In this document: piece by piece, positions 40,156 through 50,930 of the stretch
How the letters are laid out: each line of letters begins with the position of its first letter
Position numbering within the stretch: the first letter of the stretch is position 1
Program-made: the position numbers and the translations under genes
Notes under the pieces: generated by a model
Seen by the model: only the letters and a program-made list of their open reading frames with translations
Databases searched by the model: none
Told to the model about the DNA's origin: nothing
NCBI GenBank assembly: GCA_963716205.1
Contig: OY970290.1
Coordinates: 175,417-239,416, forward strand
DNA: 64,000 nt
Reading direction: 5' to 3'
Origin: an uncultured bacterium
Lineage (GTDB): Bacteria > Patescibacteriota > Minisyncoccia > Phycocordibacterales > GWA1-40-21

Positions 40156-40344
40156 TTATTTCCAGCAATTCGGACATAAGCCATTTTCGTCCAAATATGC
40201 TTTTTTTGCTATGCTTCCGCACTCTTTGCAAAGCATGGCGAGTTTCAATTTAACAAGAATACTTATTTCGACATTACTCATACCAGTTTCTGAGGCACGA
40301 CATAACCACTTGTCTTCGCAGTTATGCTTTTTCTTGCGGTCCAA
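40156..40344 (-). CDS. Small Zn-ribbon orphan
   Basis: CKECG..CPNC; SD GAGGTGA before TTG; TTGACA-17-TACTAT. Confidence 0.6.
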   Translation of the reverse strand: MDRKKKHNCEDKWLCRASETGMSNVEISILVKLKLAMLCKECGSIAKKAYLDENGLCPNCWK

Positions 40345-40569
40345 AGCGGATCACCTCTCTCTTATGCAATGAGTCACTTCTGAGGCCCAATAGTATTCTC
40401 AATAGTGTTGATTGTCAAATAAAACCTTAATTTTTCGCTGTATTTGACAACATTGGACAAGTCCTGTATGATGGTAGCAATTAAGAAATTTGGATATCCA
40501 AGAGATTAGTCGTCTTTTTGTTTCAAAAGAGTCTTAAGGTTTTATAAAGTGCGAGTAATTATTTAGAGA

Positions 40570-40836
40570 ATGAAGAAATTATATGTAGGTGGCGTCGCGT
40601 ATGCTACCAGTGAGGATGGATTGAGATCAGCTTTTTCAAAAGCTGGAGAGGTTACTTCGGTCGCTATTATCATGGACAAAATGACCGGCCGATCAAAAGG
40701 ATTCGGTTTTGTCGAAATGGCCACAGAAGATGCAGCGCAAGCCGCCATCGAAATGTGGAACGGCAAGGAGCTTGACGGAAGAAAATTGACCGTCAACGAA
40801 GCCCGACCAAAAGAAGAGAGACCAGCACGATACTAA
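40570..40836 (+). CDS. RRM RNA-binding protein
   Basis: KLYVGG (RNP2), KGFGFVEM (RNP1). Confidence 0.95.
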   Translation: MKKLYVGGVAYATSEDGLRSAFSKAGEVTSVAIIMDKMTGRSKGFGFVEMATEDAAQAAIEMWNGKELDGRKLTVNEARPKEERPARY

Positions 40837-40857
40837 ATTTTAACTTTTAGTTTTGAC

Positions 40858-40888
40858 AAAAGGTGCGCCGCTTCGCGGCGCGCCTTTT
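40858..40888 (+). terminator. Hairpin terminator
   Basis: AAAAGGTGCGCCGC-TTC-GCGGCGCGCCTTTT. Confidence 0.75.
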
Positions 40889-40927
40889 GATTTATTTTTT
40901 TGGAATTTTTCTGTTATACTGAATTAA

Positions 40928-41644
40928 ATGATTATGGATAAACTTATTTTTCTCGATACGGAAACGACAGGCAATGAAATCGGCAAAGATCGGCTGTGCC
41001 AAGTGTGTTTTTGGGTTGATGATAAAATAGAAACGGAATATTTCAAACCACCACTTCTTGTCTCGGTGAAGTCATCGAGTATTACACACATTACCAATAA
41101 AATGCTTGCTGACAGAGAAGTATTTATTGGCAGTAAAATGGCAGAGGAACTCAAGGGTCTCTTGCAAGAAGGAATACTTATTGCTCATAATGCCAAGTTT
41201 GACATTGCGATACTCGAAGCGGAAGGACTTTCTGTTCCAAAATTCATCTGCACGCTGCGTACTGCACGATATCTTGACCGTGAAAATAAAATTCCGGAAT
41301 ATGGTTTGCAATTTCTCAGATATTATCTTGATCTCAACGTGGAAGGACATGCACATGATGCGGAAGGAGATGTAAAAGTGCTCCGGGCGCTTTTTCTCAG
41401 TCTTTTATCAAAATTAAAAGAAGAAATACCGGATGAAGAAAAAGCGATTGAAAAAATGGTGGAAATTTCAAGCGTTCCGGTAGTGCTTCATAAAATTAAT
41501 TTCGGAAAATACAAAGACAAATCCTTTGATGAAATACTGAAAATCGACCGGCAATATCTGGAATGGCTTTTGAAATCGAAAATTGAAGGCAAGGATAATG
41601 ACGAAGATTTGATTTTCACCTTGCGACATTATCTGGGAAAATAG
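40928..41644 (+). CDS. DEDDh 3'-5' exonuclease (ExoX/DnaQ-like)
   Basis: LDTETTG, AHNAKFD, HDAEGD, C-terminal FGKYK..YLEWL. Confidence 0.88.
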   Translation: MIMDKLIFLDTETTGNEIGKDRLCQVCFWVDDKIETEYFKPPLLVSVKSSSITHITNKMLADREVFIGSKMAEELKGLLQEGILIAHNAKFDIAILEAEGLSVPKFICTLRTARYLDRENKIPEYGLQFLRYYLDLNVEGHAHDAEGDVKVLRALFLSLLSKLKEEIPDEEKAIEKMVEISSVPVVLHKINFGKYKDKSFDEILKIDRQYLEWLLKSKIEGKDNDEDLIFTLRHYLGK

Positions 41645-41687
41645 TTTTTCTTTTCATTTTTTCTTTTTTCATGTAATGTAGATAGCT

Positions 41688-43139
41688 ATGCCGCCGCAGA
41701 AAGAAACCATACTGTCATTTGAAGACGTGTCGTTCGGATTTGGACACAACAAGCCTATTTTAGAGGAGGTTTCTTTTTCCCTGCGTCGAGGCGCCAAGCT
41801 CACGCTCATGGGACAAAATGGCTCGGGGAAAAGCACTATTTTCAATCTGATCATGCGCAATTTCAAGCCCGAGTCCGGCAAGATCCATATCGGTAATGGC
41901 ATCTCAATCGCCACGGCAAAACAAGTGATAGCGCGAAGCGATATGATTTTCACGGTGCGTCAGTTTTTTGAAAATTGTTTTAAACAGAAAATCTATAATA
42001 TCGAGCCGAAGATCGAAGAAGTTTTGGAAATCGTCAACCTTAAAGCTCCGCTTGAGAGGGAAGTCAGAACATTTTCCGGCGGTCAGCAGGCACGGCTTTT
42101 GCTCGCATCAGCTTTGATCCAGGATCCGGATATTTTGCTCCTTGATGAGCCAACAAATAACTTGGACAAAGCAGGGATCGCTCATCTGACGAAATTTATC
42201 ATGGAATATCAGAAAACGGTCATCGTTATTTCGCATGATGCGGATTTTCTCAATGCGTTCACGCACGGAGTTTTGTATTTGGATGTGTATACGAAAAAGA
42301 TTGAGCAATATGTGGGAAACTATTTTGATGTTGTCAAACAAATCACCGCTCGGATTGAAAAAGAAAATATGAAAAATGCCCAGCTGGCAAAACAGATTCA
42401 GGAAAACAAAGAGAAAGCCAATTTTTTTGCCATGAAAGGAGGACAAATGCGTCTCGTGGCAAAACGCATGCGGGAAAAAGCTGAGGAAATGGAAGAAGAA
42501 AAAGTCGATGTCAGAAAAGAGGATCGCACCATACGACCATTTCAAATACCGGCGCAATATGTGCTCGGTGAGATCGTGCATATTTCGGAATTTTCCATTT
42601 TTAAAAATCACAAAAAAGTTGCGCGGAAGGTAAATATATCACTGAAGAAAAATCAGCACCTGCTCATGACCGGTCCAAACGGTATTGGTAAAAGCACATT
42701 GCTTGAAACACTGGCAAAAGGGGATTCAAAGGGAGTAAAAATAGCAGACGGAGTGAAAGTCGGATATTATCGACAGGATTTTTCCACACTGAACTTTGAC
42801 GATACTATCTTCCAGGCGCTCATGTCCGCGATGGACAAGGATATTGAACAAGAGATGCGATCTGTCGCTGCAGGATTCCTCATCACGGGCGACATGATGC
42901 ATACGAAAATTGGCTCGCTTTCCGAAGGACAAAAAGGTTTGGTTGCGCTCGCCCAGCTTGTGCTTCTGAAACCCGGACTTCTCATCCTTGACGAGCCGAC
43001 GAACCACATCAATTTCCGCCATCTGCCGATTATTGCAAAAGCTCTTTCCGACTATGAAGGTGCGATGATCCTCGTCTCCCATGTGCCTGAATTTGTCAAA
43101 CAGATCAGGATTGATGAAACATTTGATTTGGAGAAATAG
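41688..43139 (+). CDS. ABC-F family ATPase
   Basis: Two ABC cassettes (GQNGSGKS/FSGGQ/LDEPTN; GPNGIGKS/LSEGQ/LDEPTN), no TM. Confidence 0.92.
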   Translation: MPPQKETILSFEDVSFGFGHNKPILEEVSFSLRRGAKLTLMGQNGSGKSTIFNLIMRNFKPESGKIHIGNGISIATAKQVIARSDMIFTVRQFFENCFKQKIYNIEPKIEEVLEIVNLKAPLEREVRTFSGGQQARLLLASALIQDPDILLLDEPTNNLDKAGIAHLTKFIMEYQKTVIVISHDADFLNAFTHGVLYLDVYTKKIEQYVGNYFDVVKQITARIEKENMKNAQLAKQIQENKEKANFFAMKGGQMRLVAKRMREKAEEMEEEKVDVRKEDRTIRPFQIPAQYVLGEIVHISEFSIFKNHKKVARKVNISLKKNQHLLMTGPNGIGKSTLLETLAKGDSKGVKIADGVKVGYYRQDFSTLNFDDTIFQALMSAMDKDIEQEMRSVAAGFLITGDMMHTKIGSLSEGQKGLVALAQLVLLKPGLLILDEPTNHINFRHLPIIAKALSDYEGAMILVSHVPEFVKQIRIDETFDLEK

Positions 43140-43142
43140 ATC

Positions 43143-43301
43143 TTGACAATCAAATCATCTCTTGCTATACTAGCCAAGTAAATAAGTTCCATTTAGGAAC
43201 TGATCTCACTGAGTCTCGCGTGAACATGTCGCAGAATCCGTGCGACATTTTTACAATAATATAAATTAAGTGGCGAATACATAGCTGCTTAGTAGTTTGA
43301 A
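43143..43301 (+). promoter_or_regulatory. Sigma70 promoter and structured 5' leader of the DEAD-box gene
   Basis: TTGACA-17-TATACT; hairpins AGTTCC/GGAACT and ATGTCGCA/TGCGACAT-TTTT. Confidence 0.6.
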
Positions 43302-44690
43302 ATGTATAGAAAACAAGTAAGAAATGTCGGACCTTTTAGCTTTCGCGATGCGAAACCAAAAAGATTTCCCGCACAAAGAAGTGACAGACCGGCTCGACCG
43401 AGCGCAAGTCATTCAACAAGCGAAAAGCCCGCATTCAAAAGCGGAGGATTTTCGTCTGCGCGAGGACCGTCTTTTGGCGGCGCGGCAAGACCTACGTTTG
43501 GCGGAAGGCCGTCATTTACAAATCGACCACGAAATACCTTCGGACGCGGAGGATTTCGTGGCGGCAGAGGCAGCGGAAGAAATATCGGCTCGGATATTCA
43601 TTTTTCCAAATTTATCAATAAAGCGGTCATCACGGAAGAAGTGGTAAAATTTATCCCCGAACATTTGTTTAAAGATTTGAATATTGATGACCGGATCAAA
43701 GTAAATATTTTCAAGAAAGGATATAACGATCCGACGCCGATCCAGGACAAGATTATCCCGCATGTTTTGCGCGGAGAGGATGTCGTGGGAATTGCAAATA
43801 CCGGCACCGGCAAAACTGCGGCATTTCTGATACCGCTCATTAATAAAGTTTTGCTTAATCCGAAAGAAGAAATTCTTATCGTCGTGCCAACGAGAGAACT
43901 CGCCCAGCAGATAGAAAGCGAACTGAAAACATTTACGCAAGGTATGAAAATTTATTCTGTCTGTTGTGTTGGAGGTGCACCGATTGGCAGGCAGATTTCC
44001 ATGCTGCGATTTTGGAATAATTTCATTATTGGAACGCCGGGACGGTTGAAAGATCTGATAGAACGAAGAGCTTTGAACCTCACGCCATTTTCCACGATCG
44101 TGCTTGATGAAGCGGACCGGATGCTTGATATGGGATTCATCGCCGACATGAAACTAATCATGTCAAAAATGTCTGCGAAAAGACATACACTTTTTTTCTC
44201 GGCAACGATGTCTCATGAAATCGAGCAGATGGTCAAAGCATTTTTGAAAAATCCCGTGACTATTTCTGTTAAAACAGGCGATACATCAAAATCGGTAGAT
44301 CAAGATATTGTCAGGATGCAAGGAAAAGAAAAAATCGATGTTCTTTCGGAACTTTTGAAGAGTCCTGAACTTTCCAAAGTTTTGATTTTCGGCAAAACAA
44401 AACACGGAGTCGAAAGACTTTCCAAAACTTTGACAGAAAAAGGATTTAAAGCAGATTCGATTCATGGAGACAAAAATCAATCGGCGCGACAGCGAGCACT
44501 CGGCAAATTCAAGGATGATCAGATTAAAATACTCGTGGCGACCGATGTTGCAGCGCGAGGACTTGATATTCCTGACGTTACTCATGTCATCAATTATGAT
44601 ATTCCTGCGACATATGACGATTATGTCCATCGTATTGGCAGGACCGGCAGAGCCGGCAAAAAAGGAAAAGCATTGACATTTGTCGGATAA
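43302..44690 (+). CDS. DEAD-box RNA helicase with RG-rich N-terminus
   Basis: TGTGKT, PTRELA, DEAD, SAT, ARGLD, HRIGRTGR. Confidence 0.96.
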   Translation: MYRKQVRNVGPFSFRDAKPKRFPAQRSDRPARPSASHSTSEKPAFKSGGFSSARGPSFGGAARPTFGGRPSFTNRPRNTFGRGGFRGGRGSGRNIGSDIHFSKFINKAVITEEVVKFIPEHLFKDLNIDDRIKVNIFKKGYNDPTPIQDKIIPHVLRGEDVVGIANTGTGKTAAFLIPLINKVLLNPKEEILIVVPTRELAQQIESELKTFTQGMKIYSVCCVGGAPIGRQISMLRFWNNFIIGTPGRLKDLIERRALNLTPFSTIVLDEADRMLDMGFIADMKLIMSKMSAKRHTLFFSATMSHEIEQMVKAFLKNPVTISVKTGDTSKSVDQDIVRMQGKEKIDVLSELLKSPELSKVLIFGKTKHGVERLSKTLTEKGFKADSIHGDKNQSARQRALGKFKDDQIKILVATDVAARGLDIPDVTHVINYDIPATYDDYVHRIGRTGRAGKKGKALTFVG

Positions 44691-44749
44691 TGGAAAAATG
44701 TTAGAATATAAACGAAAGGTCGTTTAGACAATTACAATTTTAAGCACAA

Positions 44750-44965
44750 ATGACAAAACTCAATTGGCTGGATTGGCTGACACTTATCCTCGTCATTATC
44801 GGCGGTTTGAACTGGGGCTTCACAGCGCTCGGCTGGAATCTTGTTGATAATGTTTTCGGCGCGGGTTCGACTCTCGCCACAATCATCTATCTTTTGGTGG
44901 GATTATCAGCTCTCTATGTTATTTTTTTGGCACGAAAGCTGATGAAAGGAACGGTGACGGCATAA
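44750..44965 (+). CDS. DUF378-like small membrane protein
   Basis: LVIIGGLNWG..IYLLVGLSALY. Confidence 0.85.
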   Translation: MTKLNWLDWLTLILVIIGGLNWGFTALGWNLVDNVFGAGSTLATIIYLLVGLSALYVIFLARKLMKGTVTA

Positions 44966-44987
44966 GAGAAAATTTTTCTGTAATTAT

Positions 44988-45521
44988 TTATATTTTATTC
45001 GCGACAATATTGGCAAGTGATTCAACGTCTTGCGCATCAGGTCCGATGATAACGATATAATAATCGCCTTTGGCAAAGTTGAGCGCAACTCGATTATTAT
45101 CGAGTTGCGCTTCTTGCGCTGCCTGCGCACCAGTTACATTTACGAGATGGGTGCTTGTGCCGTAGCTGAACAAATCCGCAGTGTATGGAGTGCCGTCGGT
45201 ATATTGAGCGATCATAAGAAGATTTAAGGTATCGCCTGACATTTTGTTGGATTCACTGGCATTATTGACCCAGAAATAGCTATTAGGAAATTGATAATCG
45301 GTTCCTTCCGGCTGCTGCTCTGTAATTCCCATATAGCCCGCATTTTTAATGTCATCCATTGTGACGGTCAGATAATGTTCTCGGGACGGCACATTAGCGG
45401 TCACACCGTTTTGCATCACGTAAACAGATTGGTTTTTATGGGGCTGTAAAACAAAAGCAAGAATAACAAGGAGAACGACTACCAAAACAATAGGAATCAC
45501 TTTTTTATAATTTACATTCAT
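44988..45521 (-). CDS. Membrane-anchored hypothetical protein
   Basis: MNVNYKK + TM helix; start moved to 45521 because the longer ORF overlaps the ATPase. Confidence 0.7.
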   Translation of the reverse strand: MNVNYKKVIPIVLVVVLLVILAFVLQPHKNQSVYVMQNGVTANVPSREHYLTVTMDDIKNAGYMGITEQQPEGTDYQFPNSYFWVNNASESNKMSGDTLNLLMIAQYTDGTPYTADLFSYGTSTHLVNVTGAQAAQEAQLDNNRVALNFAKGDYYIVIIGPDAQDVESLANIVANKI

Positions 45522-45588
45522 GGATTTATTATATAGTAAAAGAATCAAATAGTAAAAACAGGTTATTCTGATACAATAGGGATTAGTT

Positions 45589-48105
45589 ATGAAAAAGCAG
45601 GATATTGCGAAAGCTTCATCAACTGAAGTATTCAACAAACTCACGAGTTCCGCAGCCGGATTGTCTGAAGAAGAGGCAAATAAAAGATTATCGGAGCATG
45701 GAGAAAATACATTCAAGAAAGACAGCAATACTGCTATCACAATATTCGTGAGCCAATTCAAAAGCTCGCTGATTTATCTTTTGATTATTGCCGCTGCGAT
45801 TTCATTTTTTCTGCAAGACTTTGTAGACGGTATTATTATTCTTGTTATTTTATTGCTCAACGCATTTCTCGGATTTTTCCAAGAATACCGTTCCGAAAAA
45901 GCTGTGGAGAAACTATCCAAACTTGTCGAAAAGAAAACCCTGGTGATTCGAGGCGGAGAGAAAAAAATTATTGACGAAAAATCAATTGTTATTGGGGACA
46001 TTGTCATAGTGCGGGAGGGTGACATCATACCTGCTGATATGAAACTGTTTGAAACGGACGATCTTTTGGTGAATGAATCTCAATTGACCGGAGAATCCGC
46101 CTCTCTTCTCAAAGCCGCCGATGCAAAAGAAGATACAACGCTTCTTTTTGCGGGAAGCATTGTTGAAAAAGGTGCCGGAAAAGGAATTGTCTATGCGACG
46201 GGAAATGACACTGAGCTGGGCACAATCGCAGCACTCTCGCAGAGTACAAAAAAGACAACACAATACGAAAAATCATTGCGTGATTTCAGCAATTTTCTCA
46301 TGCGGATCATCTTGCTCGTGCTCGCTATCGTTTTTATCGGAAAAATAATCATTACTCATGATTTTTCCCACATCACCTCGATGTTTCTTTTTGTCGTTGC
46401 ACTTGCGATTACGGTTATTCCGGAAGCGATGCCGGTCATTGCCATTGTGACGCTGTCGAAAGGCGCACTTCGCCTTGCGGAAAAGCACGTTGTTGTGAAA
46501 AGACTTTCGGCGATTGAAGATTTGGGAAATATCAATTTATTATGCACCGACAAAACGGGAACACTGACTGAGAATACTTTGAAAATCACCGATATCGTAT
46601 CCGTCAACAAAGAACTTTTTGAAACGTTTGCGTATGCTTCGATTGACACTTTTGGAACAAAAAAGAAAAAAATAACCGATGCATTTGATATCGCATTTTC
46701 CAATTATCTTTCCGCTGAAATAAAAAAGAAAGCATCATCATTTATCCAATTGAAAGAATTGCCGTTTGATCCGAGTTCGCGGCGCCGATGGGTCATTTTG
46801 GAAAATTCAAAAGACAAAAAGAACTACCTGATTGAAATAGGCTCGACAGAATCTCTCCTCGACATTGCAAAAAGTGAGAATAAAAAAGAAATTCTGGACA
46901 ATCTGAAACAGGATGGTATGCAGGGAGTACGGCATTTGGCCATCGCGTATAAGGAAATTGTTTATACGGAAAATTTTGATATTCTCAAAAATGAAGATCA
47001 CCTCATATTTTTGGGATACGCAAAAATGGTTGACCCGCTTCGATCAACGGCAAAAGAAACGATCAGACTTGCCGAAACGCTCGGCGTCCGCATCAAGATT
47101 TTGACCGGCGACAGCAAAGAGGTCGCGAGATATGTCGGATTAGAAGTCGGTCTTTTATCAAATACGAACGATCCGGTCTACACCGGAGATGAGTTTGAAA
47201 AGATGTCGAATGAAGAAAAAAGCAAAGCAGTGCTCGCCTGCACTATTTTTGCGCAGGTTACTCCCGAGCAGAAATACGCCATTATCGGACTTCTGAAAAA
47301 TACTTATGTGATTGGCTACCAAGGAGACGGCATCAATGACGCGCCGTCGCTCAAGCTTGCCGATGTGGCGATCGCCGTTGATAATGCGACGGATGTTGCA
47401 AAAGACAGCGCTGACATTATTTTGCTGAAAAAAGATTTGGAAGTGGTCGTGAGCGGGATAAAATACGGAAGGGAAATTTTTGTCAATATCAATAAATATA
47501 TCAAACATACGATGGTGGGAAATTTTGGCAGTTTTCTTTCCATCGCGATACTCTATCTGGTCGCCGTCAGTTTGCCGCAGTTGCCGATACAGTTGCTTCT
47601 CGGAAATCTTCTGCAGGATCTTCCATTATTGAGCGTTTTTTCGGACAATGTCGATCTCAATGAAGTCAAACAGCCGGAAAAATACGATATTCGCTCGCTC
47701 ATGTTCATTTCCTTGTTTCTCGGAACATTTACTGCCATATATTATTTTATTTATTTTGCTTTTCTTGGATTTAATTTTTCCATTCCTGCCTTGCAAACAA
47801 ATTTATTTATTTTTCTGACCTTTACCCAATTGATCGTCATTCTTTCGGTCAGAAATAAAAGGCATCTCTGGCAAGGCAAGAAACCATCGCTGCTTGTTCT
47901 CGGATCAGTCACCGGATTTCTTCTTCTTACACTCGCCATGATATACATAACGCCGATCGCGCATCTTTTCTCATTTGCACCTCTTCCGCTCGTTTCGATT
48001 TGTACCATTCTTATTTTTAGTATCGGATACATCCTTTTGCTCGACTATATCAAGGTGTATTATTTCTCATTTCAAGAACGCAAAAAGCAAAAAGTGTTTT
48101 CATGA
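45589..48105 (+). CDS. P-type cation ATPase (MgtA-like/type II-III)
   Basis: TGES, PEAMP, DKTGTLT, TGD, GDGINDAP. Confidence 0.92.
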   Translation: MKKQDIAKASSTEVFNKLTSSAAGLSEEEANKRLSEHGENTFKKDSNTAITIFVSQFKSSLIYLLIIAAAISFFLQDFVDGIIILVILLLNAFLGFFQEYRSEKAVEKLSKLVEKKTLVIRGGEKKIIDEKSIVIGDIVIVREGDIIPADMKLFETDDLLVNESQLTGESASLLKAADAKEDTTLLFAGSIVEKGAGKGIVYATGNDTELGTIAALSQSTKKTTQYEKSLRDFSNFLMRIILLVLAIVFIGKIIITHDFSHITSMFLFVVALAITVIPEAMPVIAIVTLSKGALRLAEKHVVVKRLSAIEDLGNINLLCTDKTGTLTENTLKITDIVSVNKELFETFAYASIDTFGTKKKKITDAFDIAFSNYLSAEIKKKASSFIQLKELPFDPSSRRRWVILENSKDKKNYLIEIGSTESLLDIAKSENKKEILDNLKQDGMQGVRHLAIAYKEIVYTENFDILKNEDHLIFLGYAKMVDPLRSTAKETIRLAETLGVRIKILTGDSKEVARYVGLEVGLLSNTNDPVYTGDEFEKMSNEEKSKAVLACTIFAQVTPEQKYAIIGLLKNTYVIGYQGDGINDAPSLKLADVAIAVDNATDVAKDSADIILLKKDLEVVVSGIKYGREIFVNINKYIKHTMVGNFGSFLSIAILYLVAVSLPQLPIQLLLGNLLQDLPLLSVFSDNVDLNEVKQPEKYDIRSLMFISLFLGTFTAIYYFIYFAFLGFNFSIPALQTNLFIFLTFTQLIVILSVRNKRHLWQGKKPSLLVLGSVTGFLLLTLAMIYITPIAHLFSFAPLPLVSICTILIFSIGYILLLDYIKVYYFSFQERKKQKVFS

Positions 48106-48205
48106 GAAAATCACATACAGACGATATCTTAAAAAGGAAAAAATTATTTACAATAAAAAAATCTCCCACAAGCTTGCGCTCATGAGAGGTTTTCTTTCAA
48201 CATAT

Positions 48206-48450
48206 TTAGGTACTTTGTTTTAAAACTTGCAATTGCTGCGATGTCCAGAGTTTCAATTTGTCAGCGACGAACACTAAACTGCCGGCAAGAACTGCGCCTG
48301 TGATGCCACACATCCAAACTTTTCCGAGAAATAATCCGATTCCAGTAGGAATCCGAATACAATCCCAATTGCATTGAACCATGAATTAAATTGAATTCCG
48401 ACAGCCCAGCTAAGGAAGGCACATAGCCTAGCAAAGAAAAATCGTTTCAT
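48206..48450 (-). pseudogene. Small membrane-protein orphan with an apparent 1-nt frameshift
   Basis: SD AAGGAG + MKRFFFARLCAFLSWAVG..IVFGFL; hydrophobic continuation TGIGLFLGKVWMCGITGAVLAGSLVFVADK is in the -1 frame near 48346. Confidence 0.45.
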
Positions 48451-48576
48451 TTCTTTTCTCCTTTTTATTTTCTACAGAGTTTTCAAAAACAATCCACCTG
48501 AATATCAAGGTACAAACCTATTTGGACTTCACCGTTTTATATGGCAGATGTCAAATTTTTGTGATATAATTTCCGC

Positions 48577-49662
48577 ATGAAATTGATGTTCAAAAAATGG
48601 CTCAAAATATCAACTTTTTTCCTTTTTATTTTGCCAATATTCTTTTTTGCTAATGTTTCCGTCGCGAAAGCGGATATTTTTTCCGAGATGTCGAATGGCG
48701 TGGCGACATTTGTCCATTTCATTGCTCTCGGTTTTTCTGGAGTCCAGCAAAGCATTTGCAATCTTTCGGTGTCTCCGGAGGACCAGTCAAGCTTCGGCCA
48801 GATGAAAATAAATCTGCAGAAAACATTTTGTGGCGGGTATGTTTCGCCGACTTTACTTAGCAACAATACTAATACTGCAACTTCAACAGATTTTTTCAAT
48901 TCCGATAATTTATTTACTTTTTCAATTCCCGGTGCGCTTCTGCCGACTGCGGTGCCGAATGTATCTGATACTAGTTTATTTATTTCAAGCTCTTCGGCTG
49001 GAACTTCCGTCTCTGTTGTTGAAAATGTAACTTCAACTTCAACACCAACTCCGATTTCGATTCCGGCGACAACAACCGACACAGCATATCTTCCCGGCGG
49101 ACTTTCCGGAACGACAACTCAAAACGGCGTTGATCTCAACAGTAGTGAAATTATTTATTGGACAAATATAAACAGGGGAGACAACGGACTTCCATCTCTT
49201 GATGAAAATAATACATTGGATACAATTGCGGCAATCCGCGTTGCTGATATGTTTGCCAAGCAATATTTTGACCACTATTCTCCGACCGGCGACAATGTTT
49301 CGCTTGAAGCAAATGCAAATGGATATCAATATATAACAATCGGCGAAAATATTGCACTCGGCAATTTTGGAAGCTCGCGAGATTTGGTAGATGCATGGAT
49401 GGCGAGCCCCGGACATCGCGCAAATATTTTGAATACGAGCTATATGGAAATTGGCGTTTCGGCGGAGGAGGGGATGTATCAAGGAAACGAAGTCTGGATA
49501 GCATCCGAGGTTTTTGGCGAACCGCTTTCGAAATGCACCGAGCCTGATGGATCTCTCAAACAAGAAATTGCGAGCAGCACAGGAATGACAAATACAGAAC
49601 TGCAAACTTTGGTAAATGAATACAATCAACAAGTCGCGGCGTTCAATGCTTGCATCCAATAA
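48577..49662 (+). CDS. Secreted CAP/SCP-domain protein
   Basis: Signal peptide, TNINR..YFDH..GENIA..WMASPGHRANIL. Confidence 0.9.
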   Translation: MKLMFKKWLKISTFFLFILPIFFFANVSVAKADIFSEMSNGVATFVHFIALGFSGVQQSICNLSVSPEDQSSFGQMKINLQKTFCGGYVSPTLLSNNTNTATSTDFFNSDNLFTFSIPGALLPTAVPNVSDTSLFISSSSAGTSVSVVENVTSTSTPTPISIPATTTDTAYLPGGLSGTTTQNGVDLNSSEIIYWTNINRGDNGLPSLDENNTLDTIAAIRVADMFAKQYFDHYSPTGDNVSLEANANGYQYITIGENIALGNFGSSRDLVDAWMASPGHRANILNTSYMEIGVSAEEGMYQGNEVWIASEVFGEPLSKCTEPDGSLKQEIASSTGMTNTELQTLVNEYNQQVAAFNACIQ

Positions 49663-49668
49663 ATTTTC

Positions 49669-50163
49669 ATGACTCTCACACCGCATTCCATTGTCGGCGC
49701 CGCTATTGCCAACCTTATGCCGGGGAATCCCGAGCTCGCTTTTGCGCTTGCTTATGCCAGCCATTATGCGCTCGATACGATACCGCATCGCGATTACGAT
49801 ATCGATCATTTTTTTGACAAGGATGAAAAAAATTTCAGATCCGTTTTTACCAATGCAAAAGCCCGACTGAATTTATTGACCATCGGGCTCGATGTTGTCA
49901 TCGGAGTCGGCATCTGTTTTTTGTTATTCGTCAGAAACAGGCAAAGCTGTATTCTCACCTGCATCGGAATTTTCGGCGGATTACTGCCGGATTTTTTCCA
50001 GTTTTTATATTACAAATTCAAGAATCAGCCGTGGATATTTTTCCAAAAAATCCACAATTTTTTCCACAGCTATAATAAAATGGAAGACAAACCAATCCGG
50101 GGAACCCTCATCCAGTTCGTCGCACCAATAGTATTTATTGCGATTTATTTTTGCTTACGATAA
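49669..50163 (+). CDS. Membrane protein, metal-dependent-hydrolase-like
   Basis: HSIVG..SHYALDTIPH..LLPD..H. Confidence 0.65.
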   Translation: MTLTPHSIVGAAIANLMPGNPELAFALAYASHYALDTIPHRDYDIDHFFDKDEKNFRSVFTNAKARLNLLTIGLDVVIGVGICFLLFVRNRQSCILTCIGIFGGLLPDFFQFLYYKFKNQPWIFFQKIHNFFHSYNKMEDKPIRGTLIQFVAPIVFIAIYFCLR

Positions 50164-50874
50164 CGATTTCAAAAGTTTTTTCAGTTCTTCGCCTTCGATT
50201 TTCCTGAATTGCCCCGGTTTGAGATTGCCAAGCTCTATATTCATGACACGGGTTCTTTTCAAGCTTTCAATGGCAATGGCAAACGCATCGCACATCCTTC
50301 GTATCTGATGTTTCTTGCCTTCAGAAAGGGTGATGGCGAATGCATGATCACCGAGATATTTTGTTTTGCATGGTCTCGTCTGGATGCCGCCCTCGAGATT
50401 CATGCCGCGCTCCATGACTTTGAGCTGGTGCTCTTTTATCGGCGTTCGTGTTTTTACGACATATTCTTTGTCATGATCATAGACAGGATTTAAAAGTTTA
50501 TCGGTAATCCTGCCGTTGTTTGTCAGGAGAATCAATCCCTCCGAATCTTTATCAAGCCTGCCGATTGGGAAAACACCCTTGATATTGACGCTATCAGTGA
50601 CGTCTTTTTCTCCTTTTTTCTGTTTGTTGGTGATCAGTCCGCGTGGTTTGTAATAAGCGTAATACGAAAAATCATTTTTGATTTTTTCCCGGAGTTCAAC
50701 TTTATCTGCTAACTTCACTTTGTCGCCGAGCACTGCTTTGCGGTCATTGATAAAAACTCTTCCGGCTGCAACTTTCTTGTCGGCATTTCTGCGGGTAAGA
50801 TTGTATTTGTCAGCAAGAAATTTATTGATCCTGGTTTCCGCCGGTTTCATTTCTTTTTTTTCGGGAGTTATCAT
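50155..50874 (-). CDS. RsuA/RluB/RluF-family pseudouridine synthase
   Basis: S4 domain, GRLDKDSEG, EGKKHQIRRM. Confidence 0.93.
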   Translation of the reverse strand: MITPEKKEMKPAETRINKFLADKYNLTRRNADKKVAAGRVFINDRKAVLGDKVKLADKVELREKIKNDFSYYAYYKPRGLITNKQKKGEKDVTDSVNIKGVFPIGRLDKDSEGLILLTNNGRITDKLLNPVYDHDKEYVVKTRTPIKEHQLKVMERGMNLEGGIQTRPCKTKYLGDHAFAITLSEGKKHQIRRMCDAFAIAIESLKRTRVMNIELGNLKPGQFRKIEGEELKKLLKSLS

Positions 50875-50930
50875 GGATAGACTCTAGCACGAATGCCAAG
50901 AATTTGAAATTATGCTACTATGTTTCGGTC

